NCBI GenBank assembly: GCA_965203295.1
Contig: CBDBCZ010000010.1
Coordinates: forward strand, 32,001-96,000
Source of the DNA: Nitrospirales bacterium
GTDB lineage: Bacteria > Nitrospirota > Nitrospiria > Nitrospirales > UBA8639
Reading direction: 5' to 3'
DNA length: 64,000 nucleotides
The translations under genes and the position numbers were made by a program. Below the pieces are notes generated by a model. It did not search any database. It saw only the letters and a list, made by a program, of their open reading frames with translations, and had not been told where the DNA came from. This document shows positions 51,036-62,970 of the stretch, piece after piece. The stretch's first letter is position 1; every line of letters begins with the position of its first letter.

Positions 51036-51710
51036 ATGGCTTCCTACTCGTTGTGTACAAAGGAGAGAAAGAACTACCGGGGGATGGCTGAAGTCCGCCT
51101 ACCGAGACCCGAGAGGGTAAGCAATGCCAACAAGCTTTACCCGATTGAAGTATTAGAAAGAGATGGCGGGAGGGTAAAGATCCGTTACGTCGGCCACAGC
51201 AGCATTCACGACGAATGGCGCAGTGAAGAAGACGTCAGCGCAATTGGTGCTCCTGGTGCGCTCCAGATGGAACAGTACCACCCCTTCTGCCACTACAAGG
51301 AGTTGGCCTACGCTATTAAAGCAGCGCTCAGGAGTACACTACCAAGGCGGGATCCTGATGTAAGAATTGAAGTACCCTTTGATGAACTGTTCTATAATGG
51401 GGGTCTGAAGCAAGCTGGATCTTTTGTTTGGTCATTTCGGGGAAATGAAGTGTACTGAATCCAGTCGTACAGTGATCTTGTACCACTACTGGGAAAGTGG
51501 TGGTACATTCGGGTTTTCAATGAGCAGCAGGACTTTTGTGCGGCTAAGCTAGAGACTGTTTTGTTTCATCTTAGTCGTCGAGCTGAGCTGAAAGAGTTCT
51601 CCCCAGACGATGGAACCCTAACTCCATTGAAGGGTGGCTCCGTGCTCACGTTCAAGTTTGTAAGAGTAGACGGAGGGCGTCAACTGCAAGACTACCTGGA
51701 TATGAACTAG
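51036..51710 (+). pseudogene. Tudor-knot/chromo-barrel-like protein, intronless, one in-frame stop (51456-51458)
   Basis: LYPIEVLERDGGRVKIRYVGHSSIHDEW; the frame continues past TGA to ...FKFVRVDGGR..MN*; TATAAAA at about 50977. Confidence 0.6.
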
Positions 51711-51784
51711 GAATTACTGACTGTACTATTCAGACATTGAAACAGTGTTATTATATGTATACATTCATGACATTATGCAGCATA

Positions 51785-52757
51785 AAAAAGCACTTTGCCA
51801 AAAAGTGCGAAAACAAGACATGTAGGGATGCACTTCCACCAAAAAACACTTCCCCAAAAACCAATGAAACAAGCGACAGTGCACACCGTAATGCATGCAC
51901 AGACTACCCACACATTTACCGCGTAGCTATCATCCCTACATCTTTCCAACCACACCCACCACAATTGTGTACTACGTGAGATGTGGATAGTGGTGGTTTA
52001 ATTTGTTGTGTGTGTTGTGTATGAGTGAGTATGTTGGAAGGCATATAGCTGAAAGTGTTAATTGTGTACGTACATGTTGGACTAGTGAGTCATTGAGAGG
52101 GAGTCATTATGGTATAGGACCTGAATGTTTGCATTGTTATACATGGTAGAGTGTTAAGAAGTTGTGAGATGTTTGTGTGTGCAGGTTCTCTGTAGGGGAG
52201 GTCTATGTGGGTGTGTTTGGTAATTGGTTGTCAACTTTGTTAGGTGTGTTGTATGGTGGGTTGTGTTTGTTGTGCGTGTTAGTGGCAGTGTGGAGCTGTG
52301 AGGAATTACTCTGCTTGGCCTTGGTTTATGCTTGTGAACGTGGGATTTATGGAGCCAAGTGCTTTTTTGATAGGAGTAGTACTAGTGTTCCTGTGGAATT
52401 TTGGGTTGGTTGTAGTGTGTGGTGTTAATTGGGTTTTGTGAAGTATTCAATGATTGTGGATAAGGATACTGAGGTGGTTGGATGGAGACGAGGTGTCATG
52501 GTTGATGGTGATACTTGGATTGTTGTTTGTTGAGGGAAGTATTGGGTGTGCGGTTGAGTGTGGGGGCGTGGTATAGATTGTGGTGGGTGTGGTTGGAAAG
52601 ATGTAGGGATGGTAGCTACGCGGTAAATGTGTGGGTAGTCTGTTCATACATTACGGTGTGCACTGTCGCTTGTTTCATTGGTTTTTGGGGAAGTGTTTTT
52701 TGGTGGAAGTGCATCCCTACATGTCTTGTTTTTGCACTTTTTGGCAAAGTGCTTTTT
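51785..52757. repeat. Inverted-repeat pair (51785-51965 / 52577-52757) with internal TGTAGGGATG...CATCCCTACA; partial third copy at about 53445-53498
   Basis: ~180-bp near-perfect reverse complements around a G/T-skewed spacer of about 610 bp. Confidence 0.9.
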
Positions 52758-54150
52758 CTGTAACTTGTTTTGGGGCATTTTTTTGAGAGGTGGTAGCAAA
52801 TGTGTAGGTGTAAATGTGCATAGTGGATGGTATTGGAATGGAAAGTGTTTGAGAATGGTGCGCGTAGTATATGTTTCAATTTATACTCCAGTCAGCATCA
52901 GAAAGGCCTTCGCCTGCATGTGCATGGGGAAGAAGGTCTCTAGCTTGTCAGGGTCAGCTATGTAACTGGCACGTGAAGCTGCCCTTTTCTTGTCAGTGTC
53001 AGCACTATAGCTAGCACGGGAAGCTGCTAGGCTAGTAGCTGCCTTTATACTTAGTCAGTTTTGAATGTACCATTTATTCTGGGCCCTTTTGTTCCTCTAC
53101 ATGCTAAGCACATCGCAATTCCAAAACCAGCACACATGAAATGAATAAGAGAACCTTGAATTCATGTACTTTCACACTTCCACTCGAGAGCAAAAGGACC
53201 GAACAGCACAAATCAAGGGCAGGCAGGCAGTCTGCGCATGCGTATCCCACAATACAACGGTGCGTGAGTGGTAAGCATCCACTCGAGAGTACTCGTTATC
53301 ACTGCTAAACTGATCAGAGTTTCATTGAAAACAGCGCACGTGAATAAGTGGTAGCTAGCTAGGGCTCATATTAGCCATATACTACACCTACAGCAGATCG
53401 AGTTCTGAGTATGTCATTTTGTACACATTTAAAGGGGATGCAGTGTTTTTTGGTGGAAGTGCATCCCTACATGTCTTGTTTTTGCACTTTTTGGCAAATC
53501 ACTGCTGAACCTATTCGATGCCTTTTTTCAGAGCCATCACTACATATGGAATAGTTCTGTACACCATGAAAATGAACTGCAAATTATTACCAAGGACATG
53601 TATTGATTTATATTGCAGTTTCTAAGTGCCTGCCCCCTCCAGAAGAGTAAGTGAGGGGGTATCCAGACTGTAGGGGTTGTCCAGATGTGATAAGCCTCAC
53701 TTCCAATTGACTTATCTGCCCGTGTTTGTATTCATAGCAAGCCAACAACAGTCGCTCACAATAGATAACAAAGACAGACAGAAAGGTTTAGCATTTCCGG
53801 ACCACTCCACCATTCGGACAACCCCTCACTTAGCTGCCATCGTCTGGCCCGCGAGACTATAGCTGCCATACTACTCATCCCATTCTTAAAACAGTACCTC
53901 TGACCAGAAGCCGTTTGGACTTGGGCCAAACAACAGATACTCAACCATGTGAGTATTCTAGCTAAAAGTTCGCATGACTTACGCAGTGGAGATGCAGTAC
54001 AGGCTCGGACAGCTACACGATCAAAAGTAGGCGTTAAATAGACAAACACGTAAAGTCATTAAATGGGGCGGTACTAAAACCCGGAACGGAACGGAACAGT
54101 AGTCATTAAACCAGGTATTAAAAAAAATTTTTTTAATGGAACTAACAAGG

Positions 54151-57100
54151 CAATACAATACAATACAATACAATACAATACATATTACAAAACAAAACCA
54201 CAGAAAACTAAACTAAATGACCCCGTCCACCCAGGCAGACTGGGTAGGGGTCCTCTGGACCCACATTGAGGCATTGCCCTTCCATAGAGCGATCGAAAGT
54301 CTCTGGAAGAGGTGGCGGGTAGTCGTCGCAGGTGGTGCCCCAGAGCGTTGGCCCAGGAGGCGCCCTATTCGGGAGATGTTATGGGCCGCCTCATCACTCC
54401 AGCCCCCCAGAGATTCTATCACGAGCGGGATGAAGACCACGCCCACAGACTGGCACGCCGCGCTGTGGGCGGTCATCTTCCGCTCCTCCGCGACCCTCAG
54501 GGCATGCCCCTGAGAAGCCGCGGCACCAGCCAGAGTGAGGGACTGCAACGTGGAGATCACGGTAACGTCCAGGGCGGCAGGGCGTCCCCCACACCAGTTG
54601 GGGAGGAAAATGTCGGCGGGACGGCTACTGGATCCTGGAATTAGGGATGGAACCTCCTTCCTCGGGGCGAGAGCAGCTGATTGAGCCGCCGTGAATAGGG
54701 TGTCCCTGAGGCTGTCGTGCCTGTGAATCCGGTCTCCATTCCCCCCACATCCCACCTGGTGGTCACCCAACGGATCGGCTGCTCTCTCACCCACGCAGAG
54801 GGGGCATCTCGAAGCTCCACTGCTCATCCTCAGCCCAAGCCAGTAGTCCATGCACAGCCGGAATTCCCGGTCATGAAGGTGGAGCCCAAGGGAGGAGGAA
54901 GGGACCACATTCAGCCAGTCTCCAGCATGGGGGAGTGCGGTTGAGAGGGCTAGGGCGCGAGACCTGGTGTCAGGGGCAGAGACAAGGAGAGAGTTGTAGG
55001 AAGCCTCGTCGATGCTGCGAGAGAGGGAACGCTGATGAAGAGGAACATCGAAGTCGTCCACTGATACCCAAGCCGGCATCTCTGCCGCAGAAGCCAGCTC
55101 AGAGACTGCGTCAGCGAGGTGAGTGGAGGGGGTAGGCGGGCGGCCCATGATCTCAGCGATCAGATGGCCCGACTGTGCTAGTGAGCTGATGTAGGCCGCA
55201 GGGGCGTGGCGGTTGGCAGACCTGATGTTGAGGCCACCGAGCGAGCTTGGGAGGGATGCCTTAAGCCAAGCCCAGTCAGACAAGGGTCCTCCAGCTAGGT
55301 CGGATAAACACTCCCGCATCAAAGCATCGAAAGCTGATGTGGCTGGCCGAATGTAGGAAGGAGGACAAGACCTCAGGGCAAAATTAATCTTCGGCATAGC
55401 CAGGCAGGAGCGAAGAAGGGTTGTCTCCATCTGGGAGTCCTCAAGATCGTGCAACCTGTCAATCAAGGATCTGATCTTTTCTACCCTCATCATGACGGTA
55501 GACTCACAAAAAGGGACAGGACCAACAGGGGAACCCAAGAGGCGGAAGCCCGATCTGGAGATGGGAATCTCAGCAGGGAGGGGGTTGTGAGAGAAGTCGG
55601 CATCTTCTGGGATGTGGAGGAGTGACTTCAGCCGGTTCAGATTCAGCCCCCTGGCCGGGCCATCTTCTTCCACGATCTTAAGGGCTCTCAGCAGATCGTC
55701 AGGAGTGCCACACAGGGTTCCGTCATCCAAGTACCAGGCATTGATGAGCAGGTGTGGCACCTCTCTCTTGATGCGCTCCACAACGGGGTGAAGGGTCAAG
55801 GCAAAACACAGGGGACCGAGGGGATCACCTTGCTGGACTCCACACCGGCTAAGGATGGTGTGATCACCAAAATGTAGTAGTGGTTCAGCACCATAACAGC
55901 TCTCTACCCAGGCGGCAAGGCCCGGAATACGGGCTCTGACTTCCTCAAACATGCGGGCACGACTGATGCTGTTAAAAGCATTAGAGAAGTCTAGCAGCAG
56001 TGTCCAGCAGGAGTCTGGGGAGAGGCTGTGGTCATCCAGAGTGCGCGAGACGGAATGAACAATGGCTTCGCAGCCGACCTTCACCCCCACTCCTAGCTGT
56101 AAGGGAGTAAGGACCCGCAGGGCATCCTCTTGGACTGAACGGGAGAGACACTTGGAGGTCAGGCGACGCAGGACCTCTCCCACAGCAATAGGTCGGTGGC
56201 CCCCTCCCTTCTTCAGGCATGCCAGCAGAGTGGCACCGCAGAGGTGGAGGATCACCTCAGGGGGGGCCCTCCCTGAGCAGAGGTGGTTTACTGTCGCCGT
56301 GACCGCGAGAAGGGCCTTGTTGCCCCGGTCAGGGCAGGGGCAGAACACTGCTTCCTTAAAATGGTTAGCCCTGAAGAGTGATGGCCCAGGAGCGGAATCA
56401 CCAGGGAAGGAACGCAGGGCGCTGGTGACAGCAGCTTCATTGATAGTGATGGGTGGAGGAGGGAGAGATGATGGGGTGGGAGGAAGGGGGGACTGTGGAT
56501 GCTTAGTCAACATCTCATCCAAGACCTCTGAGGAGGCAGGGGCGAGCCCATCAGAGGACAGTGCCTGTAAACCTTTCCGGTACTGGCCGGCCTCGACAGC
56601 ACGCTTGGCCCGTCTGATATTAGAGGCCCGGAGGACATTGGGATCGGGGTGTAAGTGTTTCTTGGGCTTTCTGCGAAGCTGGCTGATCTTCTCGGCAGCC
56701 ACAAAATCAGACCACAGGCCCAGGATGTCCCCAGACTGCCACTTCCCGATACGGGCCCTCACGGTCTTAAGTGTCTCACGCCAGGGTTGGCGGCCACCAT
56801 TGGGTGGGTTTGCAAGGATGCAGCGAGGGAGCATGAACAACTTGCGCCAGTTCTCAGTGATGGACGGATCTCTATTGATGTTGCTGAAGGTGTCGTAGAT
56901 CAGCCCTGCCCAGGCATCCCTGGCCCCTTTAGGGACATGATGGAGAGTGGAGGATCTAGAAGAGAAGATCGAGCTCCAAGAAGGGAGGGAAGGGATGGGA
57001 GGGGAGGCAGAAGGCAGTGGAGGGGGCCGAGGTAGGCAGAGAGTGCTTGCGGGGGAGTTATTGGCGGCACTCGTGCAGGTGGTGGGAGGAGCAGAGGAAC

Positions 57101-57530
57101 TCAATGTTGATAGTGTAGAGGGGCTCATTGTGGCCGGGGAAGGTAGATTAGAGGGAGGTAGCTGAGGAGGTTGACTCACATGTTGGTTGAGGCATTTACC
57201 AAGGTTCCCCGGCAAACACTTCACACAGGGCCGGCCTGCCTTAGCACAGGAGCACTTCTGGCATGTACCCGTACGGTTGCACCGACAACAGCTTCCTCTT
57301 TTCCTCTGTCCTGATGACGCCATCCACCAGCTGACTAGCTAGTAGTAGCTAGGCTCCCGAGGAGCACAGTGAGGCCAGCGACAGGGCAGCCCTCTCGACT
57401 ATATCCCTTCGCCAACCGAGGGCTTACGGGCTCCTGGCCTGACTACCCTGCCGCTGAAAACCCCAACCAAACTGGCGGGCTAGCTAACTAGATAGCTAGT
57501 TAGCGACACGAACTTGAGACACAACTTGGT
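54151..57530 (-). mobile_element. CRE-clade-like RLE non-LTR retrotransposon, apparently full length; 5' end approximate
   Basis: Single long ORF, short 3' UTR and a (TATTG)6 tail at 54151-54180. Confidence 0.82.
54213..57323 (-). CDS. Reverse transcriptase with C-terminal CCHC finger and restriction-like endonuclease, 1036 aa, intact
   Basis: RPIAVGEVLRRL, LLLDFSNAFN, GVQQGDPLGP, WYLDDG; CPLC..HQVGC, RHD, RPAD, LDVTV; Cys-rich N-terminus. Confidence 0.95.
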   Translation of the reverse strand: MASSGQRKRGSCCRCNRTGTCQKCSCAKAGRPCVKCLPGNLGKCLNQHVSQPPQLPPSNLPSPATMSPSTLSTLSSSAPPTTCTSAANNSPASTLCLPRPPPLPSASPPIPSLPSWSSIFSSRSSTLHHVPKGARDAWAGLIYDTFSNINRDPSITENWRKLFMLPRCILANPPNGGRQPWRETLKTVRARIGKWQSGDILGLWSDFVAAEKISQLRRKPKKHLHPDPNVLRASNIRRAKRAVEAGQYRKGLQALSSDGLAPASSEVLDEMLTKHPQSPLPPTPSSLPPPPITINEAAVTSALRSFPGDSAPGPSLFRANHFKEAVFCPCPDRGNKALLAVTATVNHLCSGRAPPEVILHLCGATLLACLKKGGGHRPIAVGEVLRRLTSKCLSRSVQEDALRVLTPLQLGVGVKVGCEAIVHSVSRTLDDHSLSPDSCWTLLLDFSNAFNSISRARMFEEVRARIPGLAAWVESCYGAEPLLHFGDHTILSRCGVQQGDPLGPLCFALTLHPVVERIKREVPHLLINAWYLDDGTLCGTPDDLLRALKIVEEDGPARGLNLNRLKSLLHIPEDADFSHNPLPAEIPISRSGFRLLGSPVGPVPFCESTVMMRVEKIRSLIDRLHDLEDSQMETTLLRSCLAMPKINFALRSCPPSYIRPATSAFDALMRECLSDLAGGPLSDWAWLKASLPSSLGGLNIRSANRHAPAAYISSLAQSGHLIAEIMGRPPTPSTHLADAVSELASAAEMPAWVSVDDFDVPLHQRSLSRSIDEASYNSLLVSAPDTRSRALALSTALPHAGDWLNVVPSSSLGLHLHDREFRLCMDYWLGLRMSSGASRCPLCVGERAADPLGDHQVGCGGNGDRIHRHDSLRDTLFTAAQSAALAPRKEVPSLIPGSSSRPADIFLPNWCGGRPAALDVTVISTLQSLTLAGAAASQGHALRVAEERKMTAHSAACQSVGVVFIPLVIESLGGWSDEAAHNISRIGRLLGQRSGAPPATTTRHLFQRLSIALWKGNASMWVQRTPTQSAWVDGVI

Positions 57531-57878
57531 TTGAATTTCGCGGCCCTCCAGAATGGTGTGGAACGGTGAGCCTCCACTCGAGACTACTCGTAAATCACTG
57601 CTAAACCTATTCGATTTCTTTGATAAAGTTATGCGACGGGTGCAATACCCCAGAGAATATCCAGTTTGTTCGCGCTTGAATTATTGTGATCGCTTAACCG
57701 ATTATACGCGATAGACACATATATGCGTCACGCGTAAAATTGCGTTACAGTCGATTTCAGTCGCGTTTGAACATGCGTAGATTCCGTTCCGTTTCCGTTT
57801 CCGTAAAACGCGTGCGTGCGTACGTATGTTCGAGGATAAAGCGCGGGAAATACGAATGCTACGAAAGCTGTTGGAGTG

Positions 57879-58862
57879 ATGTCTGCAGAGCCAGGAAGAA
57901 AGGCCCCTTACTCTCACGATATCCGCTGGCGGATAGTATGGCAAAGAGTTGGCATGCAGCTGTCGTTCCGTGCTATTGCTACCAATTTAAGCATTTCTGT
58001 CGGTACAGTGTACAACACCTACAAGCTCTTTGAGGCTACAGGAGAAGTGAATCCTACCAAGCCATCTAGGGAAGAAACGAGATCTCTTAATGGTCGCGAA
58101 GAGCTACTCATTGTTGGACTTCTGTTTGACAACCCAAGCCTGTACCTCAGTGAGATCTGTCAAAGAGTCACTGAGGTCATTGGTGTTGAAGTTTCGCTAT
58201 CCACTGTCTGTCGGATTATTCACAGGCATGGGTTGACAAGAAAGAAAGTGCAGCAGGTTGCTCTGTAAAGATCAGTGGAGTTTCGTGCAAAATTTTTGGC
58301 AGAAGTGCAGTTATACAGCAAAGAACAGCTGGTGTGGATAGATGAAACAGGCTGTGACAGAAGGGACCAAGTACGCAAGTTTGGCTATGCATTAAGAGGA
58401 GAACGACCTGTATATCATCGCCTACTTCACAGGGGGCAGCGTATCTCTGCAATTGCCGCACTGGCATCGAGTGGCTTGGTAGCTGTAGATCTTACTAAGG
58501 GAACAGTTGACGGTGAAAAATTTATGGACTTTGTGCGGGGATCATTGATACCTGAAATGCTACCATTTGATGGGCAGAATCCCAGGTCAATTGCAATTCT
58601 AGACAACTGTTCCATACATCATGTCGAACTTGCACTAGATTTGTTCAGAGAAGCTGGGGTTTTAGTTCTTTTTTTACCGCCCTACAGCCCAGATCTGAAT
58701 CCAGCAGAAGAGATGTTTAGCTTCATTAAATACTACCTTAAAGATCATGATGAGATTCTTCAAATAATGGATGACCCTATACCCCTCCTAAAAACCGCAT
58801 TTGAAAGTGTCACTCCTGAAAATTGCTTAGGATGGATAATGCACAGTGGGTACAGTAACTGA
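57879..58862 (+). pseudogene. DD34E IS630/Tc1 transposase with one in-frame stop (TAA 58266-58268)
   Basis: HTH-type N-terminus, WIDETG, ILDNCSIH, LPPYSPDLNPAEE; 34 residues between the second D and the E. Confidence 0.9.
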
Positions 58863-59071
58863 CATCATTTGAAATCAAATGAACACATGTATACATCATT
58901 ATTGTCTTATGACTGGCACTGTATATAATGGTACAAAAACTGACACAAATGCTTATCATGTGACCCCATGGATATAATTACCAGGATAACCATATAAAAG
59001 CTTGAGAAACTTGATCAGATGAGACTTGGATAAATAGGCAAGTCAACCGTTTTAAACTTTGGCTAGTATCA

Positions 59072-60849
59072 CTACTTTGTACTTGAGAGCTGTTTAATAT
59101 CACATAAAATAGTTTGCTGTAGTTCATCGTACTGTTGTTGGTTAATAGCACCACTGTCCAATAGTTTATGCCACTTGTCGAGTTGCTCAATCAGCTCACT
59201 TCGCAAATTCACTTTCCGGCAGGGAGATATGGCTGTTGGTGCATGCTTCTTGCTCTCTGGTGTACCTCCAGCAGTTTTCGGACGGCTGTCTGCTGAACGT
59301 TTTTGCCCACGAAAGAAGGGTTTATCAGGTGGCTCTTCCGTAGAACCATGTTTCCCCATTTGGACTAGATGGGCCCACGTTCGCAGCTGCTCAGGACTAA
59401 ACTTTCCCTTGTGTTTCTCTTGCAGTTGGTCATAGACTTCATCCACCTTCTCTATGTTCTGCAAATGTGAGTTATATTTTGAGCTACATCCACTGCCTGA
59501 TGCAACAGGTGAGTTTGATCTTTTCCCCTTCTTTGGAGCAGCTGCTTTTTTGGATTGGGAATAGCACCACAAATTAATTTTCTTTTTTCCTTGATGCTTT
59601 GCATACATTTCTTTAACATCTGCATCGGTGCGGAGCCAAATTTTTCTTCCCTTTACACCATGTCCGGGTTTGATGTACCCAATTTCCACATCATGCAAGT
59701 TGGGCATCCCAACGGCATCAGATGGTATGCTTTTTTCCATCAAATCTTTCAGGTCACTAAAGGATTTACATTGTCGCCTACCATGAATACTAAAGGTTTT
59801 GAAATCACTCATTTTTGTAGGATTAATCACCTTCAAAGAGTACTCGAAAGGTGCATGCCCTGACGAAACAGTGGAACCTGGGTCTTCCACAACTGTGGCA
59901 GCATTTGGCACTGGATCTTGTAGACTGCATGTTGCTGAGTCTTCAACGATTGTGACAGTATCACCATCTTCCAGAGAACAGCCCTGAGATGGCCCCTGGC
60001 CCTATTGTACAAAAGTATCGCATAATTATTAGTAATGCTATTTATTATTTTCGCGAGAGTAAGATCAAGACCATAATTATATAGACTAGCATGCAGTCTT
60101 GTTTCCAGAACCTCCACGCATCGGGGCATGCGTGGAAGGTCTAGTCTGGGAACGAGACCAATAGACTAGTCTGTCTATATCAATCAATCAATCAAATTTT
60201 TATTTGAGTGACATGCCCATTATAATACAAAAAAGATGTACATATAATGGTGCCCAGCCATGATATGGCTTATAAGTCACTATCAGTAGCTACATGTATG
60301 TGAGAGAGTGAATACTTCAGGAATGGTACAAAAAGGAAGAACGTAGTTTGAACATTTTATACAAACATTTAGCAATTAAATTCTGACAACATGATTCATT
60401 ATTTAATATATACAGGAACTTATTAAAAGGGTGTAGGTGCATGAATGACGGATCTGTTTGAGTAATATGATATAGTAACTTATTCCTTTCATGCTCGAGT
60501 TTATTACAAACCATAACAAAGTGGAATTCATCCTCAATGGAATTTGAATTGCAAGCCAGACAGACCCGCCGCCTACTATGGTCTGACCTTGGTATAGACT
60601 TTCCTTCTATCTATATGGTCTGACCAGCTAGACTATACTGCTAGGTTAAACAGTTTAACAACAGCGAGCTACGATTACCTCTTCAAAGCTCCACATTTTG
60701 TCTGAATAGTCGGTGGTGTGGTACGGCTCTGGGGTATGGTTGGTGGGATTAGACCCCTCAGAAATTTCTCCCGGGCCACACCCGAGACTACCCTCAGAAG
60801 GGGTACCACAGGCATAGTAATTGTATCTGTAGACATTCCAGTTTTCCAT
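59072..60849 (-). CDS. Accessory protein with SHOCT-like C-terminus; probable exon 1 about 60849-60679, exon 2 about 59983-59072
   Basis: 279-aa open frame (IGYIKPGHGVKGRKIWL, INLWC, QLRTWAHLVQMGKH, LDKWHKLLDSGAINQQQYDELQQTIL); GAG|GTAATC donor and CTCAG acceptor. Confidence 0.6.
60177..60568 (-). mobile_element. 5'-truncated LINE 3' end within the accessory-gene intron
   Basis: RVCLACNSNSIEDEFHFVMVC CCHC motif, then AATAAA and an (ATTG)n tail on the minus strand. Confidence 0.7.
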
Positions 60850-62970
60850 AGCAGCCCAAACAGAACAAATCTTTGCCAAACTAGCGACGTTACACACTTC
60901 ACAACAGATAGCTAGCTATCTACTCCACTTTGCAGTTTTAGGCGCGACGAGGCAAAGGCACGGAAACGGAACGGAACCTACGGAACGGAACCTACGGAAC
61001 GGAACGACTGTTCAGACGCGCATGAAATCGACTGTAACCGCGATAGACACATATATGCGTCATTGTCAACGGTATTACCTTTACTGTGCTGTACTGGAAG
61101 CGGGAGGAGCTAAGAGCGAGCGGACACTTGTAGGTCTTTACTACACTTCCTGAGGTACGTAATACTATGAATAGAATTATGGTAAGCATTGTTATGGATT
61201 CAGGATAGTAACTATAAAATTTTTGATAACAGCAACACTCCTATACTGCACAACAGCTAAAAATGAAAGCTAAAAGAGCCCCTGCACATCTGTATCTTCA
61301 GTTCTGGATGCTGTTATGATGGAAGAGAATGAGGATGACTTGCAGGAAACCATGTTGGAGGGGTGGGGAGGGCAGTGGTGAACTGCTGTGAGCCTACAAC
61401 AAGAGGAGAGATATAATGAAACTCTTGCCCCAACACAGCTGGACTCTCCAACATTCACTCAGAGCATCTCTGCACATACCAGGCTCTCTATCCCCTTATA
61501 AACAATCTATGGGAAACCCTTTCCCCTCCGCAGCACCCCCACTATGCCCACCTGGTGGTCATCCTTGCTTCCATATAAGCGTATTCATTCCCTCCCGTCA
61601 GCCCGACCATTTCCGTCCCACCACCACAGACACCATAACGTCACGGATTTGTCAAAAACTGTGACATCTGGTTGTTTATAGTGGAGACTTTGTCAGTGAC
61701 TGCTCTCAGATGAGGCACAAACACCTGGCGGGAGCAGAGCAGTGAATCACTTCCCTCTACCTAGCGTCTGCTTCCGACATTTTTCCCCCCTCCCGACACA
61801 CACACCCATCTCGACTCTCCTCACTTTATCCATCTCTATAGCTTCTGTCTAGTTAGTAATGAAGTATTTATTACTTTAGAATGCTATCTGCTGTATCCAC
61901 AGACCTACAAAAGCCTAAAAGCTTACTGAGCTCGTATACTTAGTCTCGGGTTCCAGGCGTTAAAAATTCGGTCTCACTACCCAGGAAAAACTAAGCTTTT
62001 TTAGCGCTGCTACCATTATATATAGTAGCAAGCCGCTTACACACACATGCCTACACCTAGGCCTAGCCATTACTTGTCCCTTCTATCACAAAGTGACAGA
62101 AAAATCCGATAATGGCCAAGCGTCGGTAGCTACCGCTAACAAAAATAACTTACCGCGCGAGATGTAGCATGCTATCTTCGTTCAGAGTGGTGACAGCCAG
62201 GCGATCTTGGCGCCGTTGGAAAGCCCTGCCATCGCGCTTCACCATGGTACCTGGTTGCCTGTAGCGATCTCCCAGTGTTTAGCAGCTACAAACAGTTTTT
62301 GCCAACGAGGCAAAAAAACTATTTCCGCCATACGATTAATTTCGCTATACGGTATAGCCTCGCGAAATAATTCTCGCGTATAATCGGTTAAGCCATCATT
62401 GCGCTAGCCTGGCTGAAGAAGAAAGAAAGAAGTTGACTAATACGCCCCTCCCACCCAGTGTGTCGACTTGCCGGTTTGGTACTCCAGCGAAGCTTTCTAG
62501 CAACGCTAACAGTTTTGTTGCTGTTGAAAACACTCGAGATGTCATGGTATGGCTCATAAAAGCCTATGACTATAATCAGAGCCGAGTTCTGAACGTATGA
62601 TTTTGTACGCGTGATATGGGGCCGCCATTTTTTTCCCGTGCCATCCCTACATATGGAGTACTACCGTACTCCATGATAAGTTTACAGCATGTTAGCAGTG
62701 GGTGGGTGAATAAACAGTAAGTTTACAGCATGTTAGGAGTGGGTGGATGCATAAACAAAGCAAATTAAAACATGCTTACAAGGGTACTGTTACAAGAATA
62801 AATGTGAATTGGGGGGATGAACATACAGCACCAACCACAATGCCTAAATTAAGGCATTAGTTCTCTTTTTGACAGCTAGGGACTTTCTTCTGGTCTGGCA
62901 TTGCAACTAGATGTTCACGATAGGATTCATACCCACACAATGAACATCAGGTTAGTCTATTGTGGCCATG

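Larger units (their letters stand above)
57748..61034. mobile_element. IS630/Tc1-superfamily element with a second gene
   Basis: TA TSD (57746-57747 / 61035-61036); 26-bp TIR CAGTCGATTTCA..CGCGT.TGAACA (23/26); subterminal GGAAC repeats. Confidence 0.9.
57698..62387. mobile_element. TTAA-flanked piggyBac-type non-autonomous element (~1.4 kb of its own sequence) hosting a Tc1/IS630 element
   Basis: TTAA 57694-57697 and 62388-62391; perfect 14-bp TIR CCGATTATACGCGA / TCGCGTATAATCGG. Confidence 0.88.

Noticed and set aside
56062..56898. 278-aa plus-strand ORF
   Set aside because: Antisense shadow of the GC-rich RT gene with no recognisable motifs.
53496..57614. AAATCACTGCT(G/A)AACCTATTCGAT pair as TSD of the CRE element
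   Set aside because: The left copy is about 650 bp from the tail and a related motif also occurs at about 53298, so it is a dispersed repeat motif.
57707..61061. 24-bp direct repeat CGCGATAGACACATATATGCGTCA as a long TSD of the Tc1 element
   Set aside because: It is the doubled subterminal palindrome of the host TTAA MITE; the real TSD is TA.
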